Positions 20,153 through 28,168 of a DNA stretch of 64,000 nucleotides are shown one piece after another. Position numbers and translations under genes: made by a program. The notes below the pieces were generated by a model. That model had not been told where the DNA came from, did no database searches, and worked only from the letters and a program-made list of their open reading frames with translations. The DNA is from Thermoanaerobaculia bacterium (GTDB lineage: Bacteria; Acidobacteriota; Thermoanaerobaculia; UBA5066): assembly GCA_038214715.1 (NCBI GenBank), contig JBBQRP010000021.1, positions 2,126 to 66,125 of the forward strand, written 5' to 3'. How positions within the stretch are numbered: the first letter of the stretch is position 1; every line of letters begins with the position of its first letter.

Positions 20153-21589
20153 ATGGCTCCCGCGCCGTTCCGGGCGATCGAGCTCGCTCTCCCGCTCGCG
20201 CTCGCGGGGGTCCTGGGCGCCACGGTCTTCCGTCACGGGCCGCGGATCGTGGACGACGCGTACATCACGTTCCGATACGCGCGGAACCTCGCCGAGGGCG
20301 TCGGGCTCGTCTACAACGCCGGCGAACGTGTGCTCGGAACGTCGGCTCCGCTTTTCGCCGCGCTCCTGGCCGGACTTCACCGGCTGACGCCTTCGTCCGT
20401 CCCCGGGGCCGCGTTCGCGGTGGGCGTCCTGTGCCTCCCGGCCTGCGCTCTCCTCGGCTACCGCCTCGCCCGGCGCACGGTCTCCCCGTCTCTCGCGATC
20501 CTCTTCGTCGCCGCGGCCCTCACGCCCCAGGCTTCGCTCGAGGTCTTCGCGTCCGGAATGGAAACACCCCTCGTCCTCCTGGGACTTCTCGGCGCCGTCG
20601 AACTCGCGTGCCGGGGGCACGACGCCGCTGCGTTCGCGGTCGCCGCGGCTCTCTTCTTCCTGCACCCGGACGCCACCGCGCTCGTGCCGGCTCTCTGCAT
20701 CGCGCTGCGCGTGGAGCGCGGGAAGTGGCCGTGGAAAGCAGCCGCGGCGGGTCTCGCACCGGCGGTGGCGGCCGCGGCCGCGCTCTCGGCTGTGTACGGG
20801 TCTCCGCTGCCTCAAAGCGTGACGGCCAAGAGGCTCGTCTACGCGATGCCGTCCGGCCACGCGCTTCGCATGATGGAGGAAACCGTTCTGGACACGCTCG
20901 TCGCGTCCGCATCTCCCGTTCCCCCCGTCCTCGCCGCTCTCCTCGCGGCGCTCGCGTTTGCCGCCGTTCTCCTGGCGGGTCGGTCTGCGCTGGTCCGGCT
21001 TCCCGTCCTCGCCTTCGGGCTCTTCGCGTGCGCGACGCTCGCGGCGTTCGGCCTCGCGAATCCTCTCGTTTTCCCCTGGTACCGCCCTCCGCTCGCGCTC
21101 GCGACGGCTTTCGTGGCGGCGGCCTGTGCCGCGCGGCTGCCGCATCCCGGGCGCGCGGTCTCAGGAGTTCTCCTCGCGATGGCCGCCGCCGTCCATCTGT
21201 GGGCCTTCCGCCCGTACGAGCCTTCCGGTCGCGAGGAGGTTTACGCGCGCGCGGCGGCGCTCCTCGATCTCCGTGAAGGCGACACGGTCGCCGCGCCCGA
21301 GATCGGGGCGCTCGGCTGGGCGACGCGCGCGCGGGTATTTGACACGGCGGGGCTCGTGTCGCCCGGCGCGTTGCGCTTTTTCGAGCGGACCTCGGGCCAG
21401 GGAGGCGCGATTCCGCCGCGTCTCCTCCGCGAGACGGAGGCCGGCGCCCTCGTTGCGCTCGACCGGTTCCTTTCCCCCGCGCTTGCCGCGGATTCCGGTG
21501 CGCTCGACCGCTGGACCGAGGTCGCGCGCCTTCCGGCGCGAGCGTTCGGCAGCCGGGGCGAGGTTTGCGTTTACCGGCGCGCACGCTGA
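20153..21589 (+). CDS. GT-C-fold integral membrane glycosyltransferase-like protein
   Basis: DDAYITFRYARNLAEG.GLVYN.GERV.GTS.PL, SGME, multiple TM helices, C-terminal EIGALG...DTAGLV. Confidence 0.75.
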   Translation: MAPAPFRAIELALPLALAGVLGATVFRHGPRIVDDAYITFRYARNLAEGVGLVYNAGERVLGTSAPLFAALLAGLHRLTPSSVPGAAFAVGVLCLPACALLGYRLARRTVSPSLAILFVAAALTPQASLEVFASGMETPLVLLGLLGAVELACRGHDAAAFAVAAALFFLHPDATALVPALCIALRVERGKWPWKAAAAGLAPAVAAAAALSAVYGSPLPQSVTAKRLVYAMPSGHALRMMEETVLDTLVASASPVPPVLAALLAALAFAAVLLAGRSALVRLPVLAFGLFACATLAAFGLANPLVFPWYRPPLALATAFVAAACAARLPHPGRAVSGVLLAMAAAVHLWAFRPYEPSGREEVYARAAALLDLREGDTVAAPEIGALGWATRARVFDTAGLVSPGALRFFERTSGQGGAIPPRLLRETEAGALVALDRFLSPALAADSGALDRWTEVARLPARAFGSRGEVCVYRRAR

Positions 21590-21641
21590 GGCGGAAACGC
21601 GGGTGCGCCGGCGGAGAGAGCTCCGGCAGTTTCCTTCGCGG

Positions 21642-22469
21642 TCACGCGAGGACCTCGAGGGCGGGCTCGGCGTATTTGCGCGTGCGGTAGAACAGCGAGT
21701 GTCCCATCCCGGAAAACCCCGCCGCCTCGTAGACGCGGCCAGCGCGCTCGTCCGCGGCGGAGAGGAAGACGAGCGAGCCTCCCCGCTCGAATGCCCTTCG
21801 AACCGTCTCATACGCCAGCGCAGCACCGATTCCGCGCCGGCGAAACTCGGGGAGCGTCGAGACGCCGACGAGCTCCGCGAGACCGTCGCCGCCCGGCTGA
21901 ATCATGGCGGTCGCGACGCGCTGCTCACCGATTTTCCCGACGAGCGTGAACCCGTCCCCGACGGAATCGCGCAGGGAAAGCGCGTCGTCGCGGGACGTCG
22001 GCGTCAGGGACGGGAACCCGAACGCGAGCCGCTGGAGATCCAGAAAGAGGCCGAACTCCTCGGGCGGAGCCGCCGCGTCGAGAAACTCGATCGCGAGACC
22101 GGGCACGGCCGGCACCGGCCTCTCCCGGCCTCGCCCGCAGACCATGATCTGCGCCCGGTTCTCGAGGACGAAGCCTTGGGACTCGAGAGCGTGCGCAAGC
22201 TCGGGCGCGCAGGTTTCGACGAACTCGAAGCGCGGCACGCGGCCGCGGGCTTCGAAGGTCGCCCGCAGGCGCGCCAGCGGCGCCGCGAGATCTCCGAATG
22301 CCACTTCGTGCTCGTCGGGGATCGCGTAGTTGAAGAAAGGCAGCGGGTCCGACGCGTGAAAGAAAAGTGTGAACGGCGGGACCGGGACGGCTTCGTACTG
22401 CTGGTGCGCGACCGTGCGCATCCGGGCCTGGATGCGCCGTAAAAGGACGGGATCGACGCTCTCGACCAT
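21642..22469 (-). CDS. GNAT family N-acetyltransferase
   Basis: VSTLPEFRRRGIG, RVYEAAGF. Start 22469 preferred because TAGAAT lies 7 nt upstream; alternative 22478. Confidence 0.85.
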   Translation of the reverse strand: MVESVDPVLLRRIQARMRTVAHQQYEAVPVPPFTLFFHASDPLPFFNYAIPDEHEVAFGDLAAPLARLRATFEARGRVPRFEFVETCAPELAHALESQGFVLENRAQIMVCGRGRERPVPAVPGLAIEFLDAAAPPEEFGLFLDLQRLAFGFPSLTPTSRDDALSLRDSVGDGFTLVGKIGEQRVATAMIQPGGDGLAELVGVSTLPEFRRRGIGAALAYETVRRAFERGGSLVFLSAADERAGRVYEAAGFSGMGHSLFYRTRKYAEPALEVLA

Positions 22470-22532
22470 CGCGCTCATTCTAGAGGCGGTCTCTGCCTGC
22501 CCGGCCGTCAGCCCTCTGCTAGCCTTCGCGGC

Positions 22533-22636
22533 ATGAAGTCGACATACGCCCTTTGCCGGCCCGTCCTCGTCCTATGCACACGCACGTCACGGTCTCCTTC
22601 GTGATGAAGGGCGGAGAGGTCGTGGTGCCGCGATGA
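22533..22636 (+). pseudogene. Ghost of a secreted amidohydrolase (first and last codons only)
   Basis: ATG 22533 gives MKSTYALCRPVLVLC (signal-like). A shifted frame ends VSFVMKGGEVVVPR*, a typical amidohydrolase C-terminus, with TGA overlapping ATG 22633. Confidence 0.55.
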
Positions 22637-24300
22637 GCTGTCGGACACTCGTCGGCGTCGTAACGGCGATTTCGTTCGCGCTCTCCTCTCCCGCCGTCGC
22701 GACAGACGTCGCGACGCTTTTTCGAGGTGCGACGGTGGCCGGAGCGTGGGATGTGCCTCCTCAGCGCGCTTCGATTCTCGTCGTCGCGGGCGCCGTGCGT
22801 TTCGTGGGCCCGGAAGCCGAAGCGCGGGCGCTCGCACCCGAAGCGCGCGTCGTGGACCTGTCCGGGGCGGTCGTCCTGCCCGGCCTCACCGACGCGCACG
22901 GCCACCTCCGCGGACTCGGGGGCCTGCGCCGCGCGATCGAGGCCCGCGGACTCTCGAAGGAGGAGATCCTCGCACGCGTGAAGGAGCGCGCCGCATCCGC
23001 CGCTCCCGGCGAATGGATAAGGGGGCGCGGCTGGGACCAGAACCGCTGGAAGGTGAAGTCGTTCCCCACGGCCGCCGAGCTCTCGACCGTCTCGCGGGCG
23101 AATCCGGTGATCCTCGGGCGGGTGGACGGCCACGCGATCTGGGTGAACGAGGCGGCGCTCGAGGCCGCGCGCATCACGAGGGACACGAAGGACCCGGCCG
23201 GCGGCCGCATCGAGCGCCTGAATGACGGGCGGCCGGCGGGAGTCCTCGTGGACAACGCGAAGGCTCTCGTCGAAAAGGCGACTCCCGCGTCCACTCCCGA
23301 GGAAATCCGGCGCGATTTCCTCGCGGCATTCAGGGCCTGCGCGCGCGCCGGCCTGACCGGGGTCGGCGAGGCCTCCGGATCCTCCCCCGAAGACATTTCC
23401 CTCCTGAACTCTCTCGCCAGCGAAGGAAAGATGCCTATCCGTGTGTACGCGACCGTCTCGCCGAAGAGTCTCGACGAGGCGATCGCGAAGGGGCCGATCC
23501 AGAACGGGCGCCTGACGGTGCGGGCCGTCAAGATCGTCGCGGACGGGGCGCTCGGCTCGCGCGGCGCCGCTCTACTGGCGGACTATTCCGATGCACCGGG
23601 GAACCGGGGCCTCGACGTGACGGCTCCCGAAGAGACCGAGCGGATCGCGGAGAAGGCGTTCCGCGGCGGGTTCCAGGTGTGGACGCACGCGATCGGCGAC
23701 CGCGCGAACCGCGTCACGCTCGACGCATACGAGAAAGCGCTCGCGCGCGTGCACCCCGTCGACCCGCGGCCACGCATCGAGCACGTCCAGGTCCTCGCGC
23801 CGGGCGAAGCGGAGCGCTTCCTGAAGCTCGGCGTCATCGCGTCGATGCAGCCCACCCACGCGACGTCGGATATGCCGTGGGCCGAGACGCGACTGGGCCC
23901 CGAAAGGATCAAGGGAGCGTACGCATGGCGCACGCTCCTGAGGGCCGGCGCGCGGCTTGCGGGGGGGAGCGATTTCGCGGTCGAGTCCGAAGACCCGCTC
24001 CTCGGTATCTACGCCGCCGTCACGCGCCAGGACGTCACGGGCAAGCCGACCGGCGGCTGGCGGAGCGACGAGGCGCTCACCCGGGCCGAGGCGCTCAAGC
24101 TCTTCACGGCCGACAACGCGTACGCCGAGTTCGCCGAGAAACGCCGCGGCCGGATCGGGCCGGGCTTCGACGCCGACTTCACGGTTCTCGATCGCGACAT
24201 CCTTTCGACCAGGACATCGGCCGCGGATATTCCGAAGGCAAGGGTCGTGATGACCGTCGTCGGTGGCGAGATCGTCTACCGGGCGGACGCGAAGCGCTGA
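22633..24300 (+). CDS. Secreted amidohydrolase (Amidohydro_3, YtcJ-like)
   Basis: PGLTDAHGH, RVDGHAIW, ADGALGSRGA, HAIGD, RIEH, GSD. Confidence 0.92.
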   Translation: MSCRTLVGVVTAISFALSSPAVATDVATLFRGATVAGAWDVPPQRASILVVAGAVRFVGPEAEARALAPEARVVDLSGAVVLPGLTDAHGHLRGLGGLRRAIEARGLSKEEILARVKERAASAAPGEWIRGRGWDQNRWKVKSFPTAAELSTVSRANPVILGRVDGHAIWVNEAALEAARITRDTKDPAGGRIERLNDGRPAGVLVDNAKALVEKATPASTPEEIRRDFLAAFRACARAGLTGVGEASGSSPEDISLLNSLASEGKMPIRVYATVSPKSLDEAIAKGPIQNGRLTVRAVKIVADGALGSRGAALLADYSDAPGNRGLDVTAPEETERIAEKAFRGGFQVWTHAIGDRANRVTLDAYEKALARVHPVDPRPRIEHVQVLAPGEAERFLKLGVIASMQPTHATSDMPWAETRLGPERIKGAYAWRTLLRAGARLAGGSDFAVESEDPLLGIYAAVTRQDVTGKPTGGWRSDEALTRAEALKLFTADNAYAEFAEKRRGRIGPGFDADFTVLDRDILSTRTSAADIPKARVVMTVVGGEIVYRADAKR

Positions 24301-24358
24301 ATTCCCGGGGCGTCAGCCCCGCAGCGCGAGAGCCTCGGGCGCGTCCGTCACGGAGGGC

Positions 24359-24595
24359 TCAGCCGGCCGCAGGCGGAGTCTCGCCGGCAGGCGGTGTGGA
24401 GGCGGGCGGGGCCGGGGCGGTTGGAGCGGGCGCGGCAGCAGCGGCAGCAGGGGCCGGCGGCGGTTCGCCGTTCGGGAACGCTTCCGCGCGGCAGAAGTAA
24501 CACTTCACCTTCGGTTGGGATGTCGAATCGGGCACCCAATAGAAAAAGCTCTTCCCGCATGTCGCGCACGTGTAGAGCTGCCGGCCACCCATCAT
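24359..24595 (-). CDS. Small zinc-ribbon protein with Pro/Ala tail (78 aa)
   Basis: MMGGRQLYTCATCGKSFFYW...KCYFC, two CxxC; ATGA-coupled to the CPBP protease stop. Confidence 0.7.
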   Translation of the reverse strand: MMGGRQLYTCATCGKSFFYWVPDSTSQPKVKCYFCRAEAFPNGEPPPAPAAAAAAPAPTAPAPPASTPPAGETPPAAG

Positions 24596-25491
24596 CCCGT
24601 CGAAGGATACTCGCTCGCGAGCCTTCTCGCGCTGCGGCGAATCAGGACGGCCAGGACGGCGGCCAGGCCGAGCGTGCCGGGAATCGATCCCTCCGGTCCA
24701 AACGCGCCTCCGCTCAACGCCGGAAGGCCGGCTCCCAGGACGCCGCTCGAGACGAGCGGCGGTCCGAATGTGAGGCCGCTGACGGGAAGGGCTAAGGCGG
24801 CGAGCGTGAAGTTCCAGACCGCGTGAAACGTCCAGCATCCGGCCAGGCCCGCTTCGGACCAGAAGAGCCACCCGAGAACGGCGCCCGCGAGGCCGACGTT
24901 CACGAGGGCGAGAGGCGTCACGTTGGGGTTCCGGGCGTGCAGGAGCGCGAACGCGAATGCCTGTCCCGCGTTCGCGAGGATCCCGGCGCCGAACCACCGT
25001 TGCGCGGCGCGGCTGGCGCGAAGCGGATCGCCTTTCGGGGGGAGCGGCCCCCGGAAGAGCCGTACCGCAAAGAGGAGGAGGCCCGCGAGGACGGTAAGAA
25101 AGAAGGCCCGGAAGAGAAGCTCCTCCGTGAGGCTCTGCAGCGCGAAGAACCCGAACATCGGAAGCGTTCCAGACGCTGCCGCGGGCCCGCGCGCCGGGAC
25201 GAAGGCCGCGTACCCATCGGCCCCGGGCCGGAAGGCTCCGAGGAGCGCCGGCGGAGCGAGTGCCACGAGAAGGAGGGCGAACGCGGCGGCGAGACCGGCG
25301 AGGAACGAGGTCCGCGCGCGATCGCGCCACCGTGGCGAGGATTCCGAGAGACGGGGCAGGAGGCCGAAGCGGAGAAGCGCGAGGCCGGCGACACCGAGCG
25401 GGAGCGCGAGGAGGAGGCCCGACGCGAAGAGGACGTCGAGCCCCGACCCCATCGCCCCAGGCACTGCTGAGCCGAGGGCCAGGACGTTCAC
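24592..25491 (-). CDS. CPBP (CAAX/Abi) family intramembrane protease
   Basis: EELLFR, FALLH, HAVWN, GAFGPEGS motifs. Confidence 0.9.
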   Translation of the reverse strand: MNVLALGSAVPGAMGSGLDVLFASGLLLALPLGVAGLALLRFGLLPRLSESSPRWRDRARTSFLAGLAAAFALLLVALAPPALLGAFRPGADGYAAFVPARGPAAASGTLPMFGFFALQSLTEELLFRAFFLTVLAGLLLFAVRLFRGPLPPKGDPLRASRAAQRWFGAGILANAGQAFAFALLHARNPNVTPLALVNVGLAGAVLGWLFWSEAGLAGCWTFHAVWNFTLAALALPVSGLTFGPPLVSSGVLGAGLPALSGGAFGPEGSIPGTLGLAAVLAVLIRRSARRLASEYPSTG

Positions 25492-25544
25492 TTCGCGGCG
25501 GGGGCCGCCGGCTTCTTGTCCTTCTCCTTGTCCATCATCTTCAT
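25488..25544 (-). CDS. 18-aa mini-ORF MKMMDKEKDKKPAAPAAK (leader peptide or gene ghost)
   Basis: Strong RBS AAAAGGAG 5 nt before ATG 25544; TGA overlaps the GTG start of the CPBP gene. Confidence 0.55.
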   Translation of the reverse strand: MKMMDKEKDKKPAAPAAK

Positions 25545-25640
25545 GAAAGCTCCTTTTCGTGCGGCGAGAGGCCGACGGATCTTATCCGCGGTCGCGTAGA
25601 ATCGACTCCAAATGTCGATTTCGACCCTCAAGGAGACCCC

Positions 25641-26501
25641 ATGACAAAAGTCCGCGTTCCTTTCGTTCTCGCCGCCCTCGCGGCCGCCGTGGCTCTCGCC
25701 GCGCCGGCCCTGTCGCAGCTGTCCACGCCTCTCCCGAGCCCGAACGCGACGGTCGCGCAGACCGTGGGCGTCACGAAGATCGAGGTTGCCTACAGCCGGC
25801 CCGGCGTCAAGAGCCGGACGATCTGGGGAGAGCTCGTTCCCTACGACAAGGTCTGGCGCACCGGCGCGAACGCCGTCACGAAGATCACGCTCGACGGCGA
25901 CGTCCTCGTGGAGGGCAAGAAGCTCGCGGCGGGCTCGTATGGCCTCTACACGATTCCCGGCAAGACCGAGTGGACCGTCATCTTCAGCAGCGTCTCGACG
26001 GGAGGCCCCGACTACGCTGAGAAGAACGACGTCCTTCGCGTCAAGGTCAAGCCGGTCGCGTCCGACATGAAGGAGCTCTTCACGATCGGGTTTCCGTCCG
26101 TCACGTCGGACGGTGCGACGCTCACATTCTCGTGGGAGAAGCTCCGCGTTCCCGTGACGATCGCAGTGGACACGAAGGCCCGTTTCCTCGCGAACGCGAA
26201 GGACGCCGTCGCGAAGGCGAAGGCGGACGACTGGCAGACGCCGTTCGTCGCGGCGCGATACCTCTACGAGAGCAAGTACGCGCCCGAAGAGGCCGGTGCG
26301 TGGATCGACAAGTCGATCGCGACGAAGGCGACCTTCGGAAACCTCTCCGTGAAGGCGAACGCGCTCGCCGCACAGGGGAAGACGAAGGATGCCGTCGCCG
26401 CCGCCGAGAAAGCGCTCGCGGCCGGGGCAGCCGCCGAGCAGAAGCCGTCGCCTGAGGCTATCGCCGCGCTGGAGAAGAAGATCGCGGAGTGGAAAAAATA
26501 G
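25641..26501 (+). CDS. Secreted DUF2911-domain protein with TPR-like C-terminus
   Basis: PSP..TV.QTVG...YSRP...IWGELVPYDKVWRTGANA...AGSYGLYTIP; RBS AAGGAG. Confidence 0.9.
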   Translation: MTKVRVPFVLAALAAAVALAAPALSQLSTPLPSPNATVAQTVGVTKIEVAYSRPGVKSRTIWGELVPYDKVWRTGANAVTKITLDGDVLVEGKKLAAGSYGLYTIPGKTEWTVIFSSVSTGGPDYAEKNDVLRVKVKPVASDMKELFTIGFPSVTSDGATLTFSWEKLRVPVTIAVDTKARFLANAKDAVAKAKADDWQTPFVAARYLYESKYAPEEAGAWIDKSIATKATFGNLSVKANALAAQGKTKDAVAAAEKALAAGAAAEQKPSPEAIAALEKKIAEWKK

Positions 26502-28161
26502 TCAGCACGAGCGCGACGCCGATCACGACGACACATCCGACGACGTTGAACCAGAGATAGCTCAAAGGAGTGAACGCGAAGCAGGCCCAGACGGACGCGA
26601 GGCCGGCGATCCCACCCGCGAACACCGGCGTCCCGCGGATCCGGGGCAGGTAGAACGCCACGAGGAAGATCCCGAGCATCGTCCCGTAAAAGAGCGAGCC
26701 GAGGATGTTCACGGCCTCGATGAGCGTGCCGACCCGGTTCGCGAACATCGCGACCGCGATCGAGAACGCGCCCCAGAGCGCGGTCGCCACCCGCGAGACG
26801 GCGAGGTAGTGTGCGTCGGGGCGGTTCTTCTTCACGAGGCGCACGTACACGTCCACGACGGACGTCGAGGCGAGGGAGTTGAGAGCCGCCGAGTTCGAGG
26901 ACATCGACGCCGCGAAGACGACCGCGAGGATGAGACCGACGAGGCCCGTCGGCAGGTGAGCGAGGACGAAGGACAGGAACACGTAGTTCGTGTCGTTCGC
27001 GTCCGCGGGCACGTCGTGAGCCTTCACGAGCGCCACGGCCTCGGCCCGGACCGCCGCGTAGGAAGCGTCCGCCGCGATCAGGGCGTTTCCAGCGGTGCCT
27101 TCCGCCTCGGTGGCCCCCTTTTCCGTCCTCACGAAGGCTTCGGCGGCGGCACGCCGCGCCTCGAAGGCCGCGCGGTGCCGCGTCTCGATGCCGGCAAGCT
27201 CCTCCGCGTGAGGGCCGCTCCGGAGCCGCGCGAGCGGGGCCGGATTGAAGAGTACGGGCGGCGCGACGAACTGGTAGAAGACGAAGACCATGGCCCCCAC
27301 GAAGAGGATGAAGAACTGCATCGGGACCTTGAGGAGACCGTTGAAGAGGAGTCCGAGCCGGCTCTCTCTGACCGAGCGCCCCCCGAGGTAACGCCCGACC
27401 TGGGACTGGTCCGTGCCGAAGTACGCGAGCGAGAGGAAGAAGCCTCCCACGAGGCCGGACCAGAGGTTGTAGCGGTTCGTGAGGTCGAACTTCAGGTCGA
27501 CGACGTTGAGCCGCCCGAGCTGGCCCGCGACCCGCGTCGCGCCCGCGAGCGAGACGGCCTCGGGCAGCGAGCGGACGATGACGACGAGCGCGACGATCAT
27601 GCCGCCGATCGCGATGAGGAACTGCCACGACTGCGTCCAGTTGACGGCGTTCGAGCCTCCCGACGTCGTGTAGACGACGACGAGCCCGCCGATCACGAGA
27701 TTCGTGAGGGGCAGAGACCACCCGAGGAGGACCGAAAGGACGAGCGACGTCGCGTAGATCGAGATGCCCGTCGAAAGACCGCGCGACACGAGGAAGAGAA
27801 GGGTCGCCAGCGTGCGGGTCTTGAGGTCGAAGCGCTTTTCGAGGAACTCGTAGGCGGTGAAGACGCGCAACCGGTGATAGAGCGGCACGGCGGTCACGGC
27901 GAGGACGATCATTGCGAAAGGCAGTCCGAAGTAGAACTGCACGAAGCGCATGCCGTCGGCGTAGGCCTGCCCCGGCGTGGACAGGAAGGTGATCGCGCTC
28001 GCCTGCGTCGCCATGATCGAAACGAGGACCGTGTACCAGCGTGCCGACTGGTTCGCGAGGAGGTACCCGTGGAGCGTCTCGCACCGATGGTTCTTCCATA
28101 CGCCGAAGCCGACGATGAACGCGAGCGAACCCGCGAGAACGGTCCAGTCGAGAGGAGTCAG
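26458..28161 (-). CDS. Sodium:solute symporter (SSS family)
   Basis: ATQASAITF, YFGTDQSQV, FAASMSS. The frame extends upstream to (M)TPLDWTVL... at CTG 28161; first ATG is 28014. Confidence 0.88.
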   Translation of the reverse strand: MTPLDWTVLAGSLAFIVGFGVWKNHRCETLHGYLLANQSARWYTVLVSIMATQASAITFLSTPGQAYADGMRFVQFYFGLPFAMIVLAVTAVPLYHRLRVFTAYEFLEKRFDLKTRTLATLLFLVSRGLSTGISIYATSLVLSVLLGWSLPLTNLVIGGLVVVYTTSGGSNAVNWTQSWQFLIAIGGMIVALVVIVRSLPEAVSLAGATRVAGQLGRLNVVDLKFDLTNRYNLWSGLVGGFFLSLAYFGTDQSQVGRYLGGRSVRESRLGLLFNGLLKVPMQFFILFVGAMVFVFYQFVAPPVLFNPAPLARLRSGPHAEELAGIETRHRAAFEARRAAAEAFVRTEKGATEAEGTAGNALIAADASYAAVRAEAVALVKAHDVPADANDTNYVFLSFVLAHLPTGLVGLILAVVFAASMSSNSAALNSLASTSVVDVYVRLVKKNRPDAHYLAVSRVATALWGAFSIAVAMFANRVGTLIEAVNILGSLFYGTMLGIFLVAFYLPRIRGTPVFAGGIAGLASVWACFAFTPLSYLWFNVVGCVVVIGVALVLTIFSTPRSSSPARR

Positions 28162-28168
28162 TGGATGC

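Noticed and set aside
24313-24351. Minus-strand 12-aa ORF MTDAPEALALRG resembling an ABC ATPase start
   Set aside because: Too short and without an RBS; cannot be distinguished from chance.
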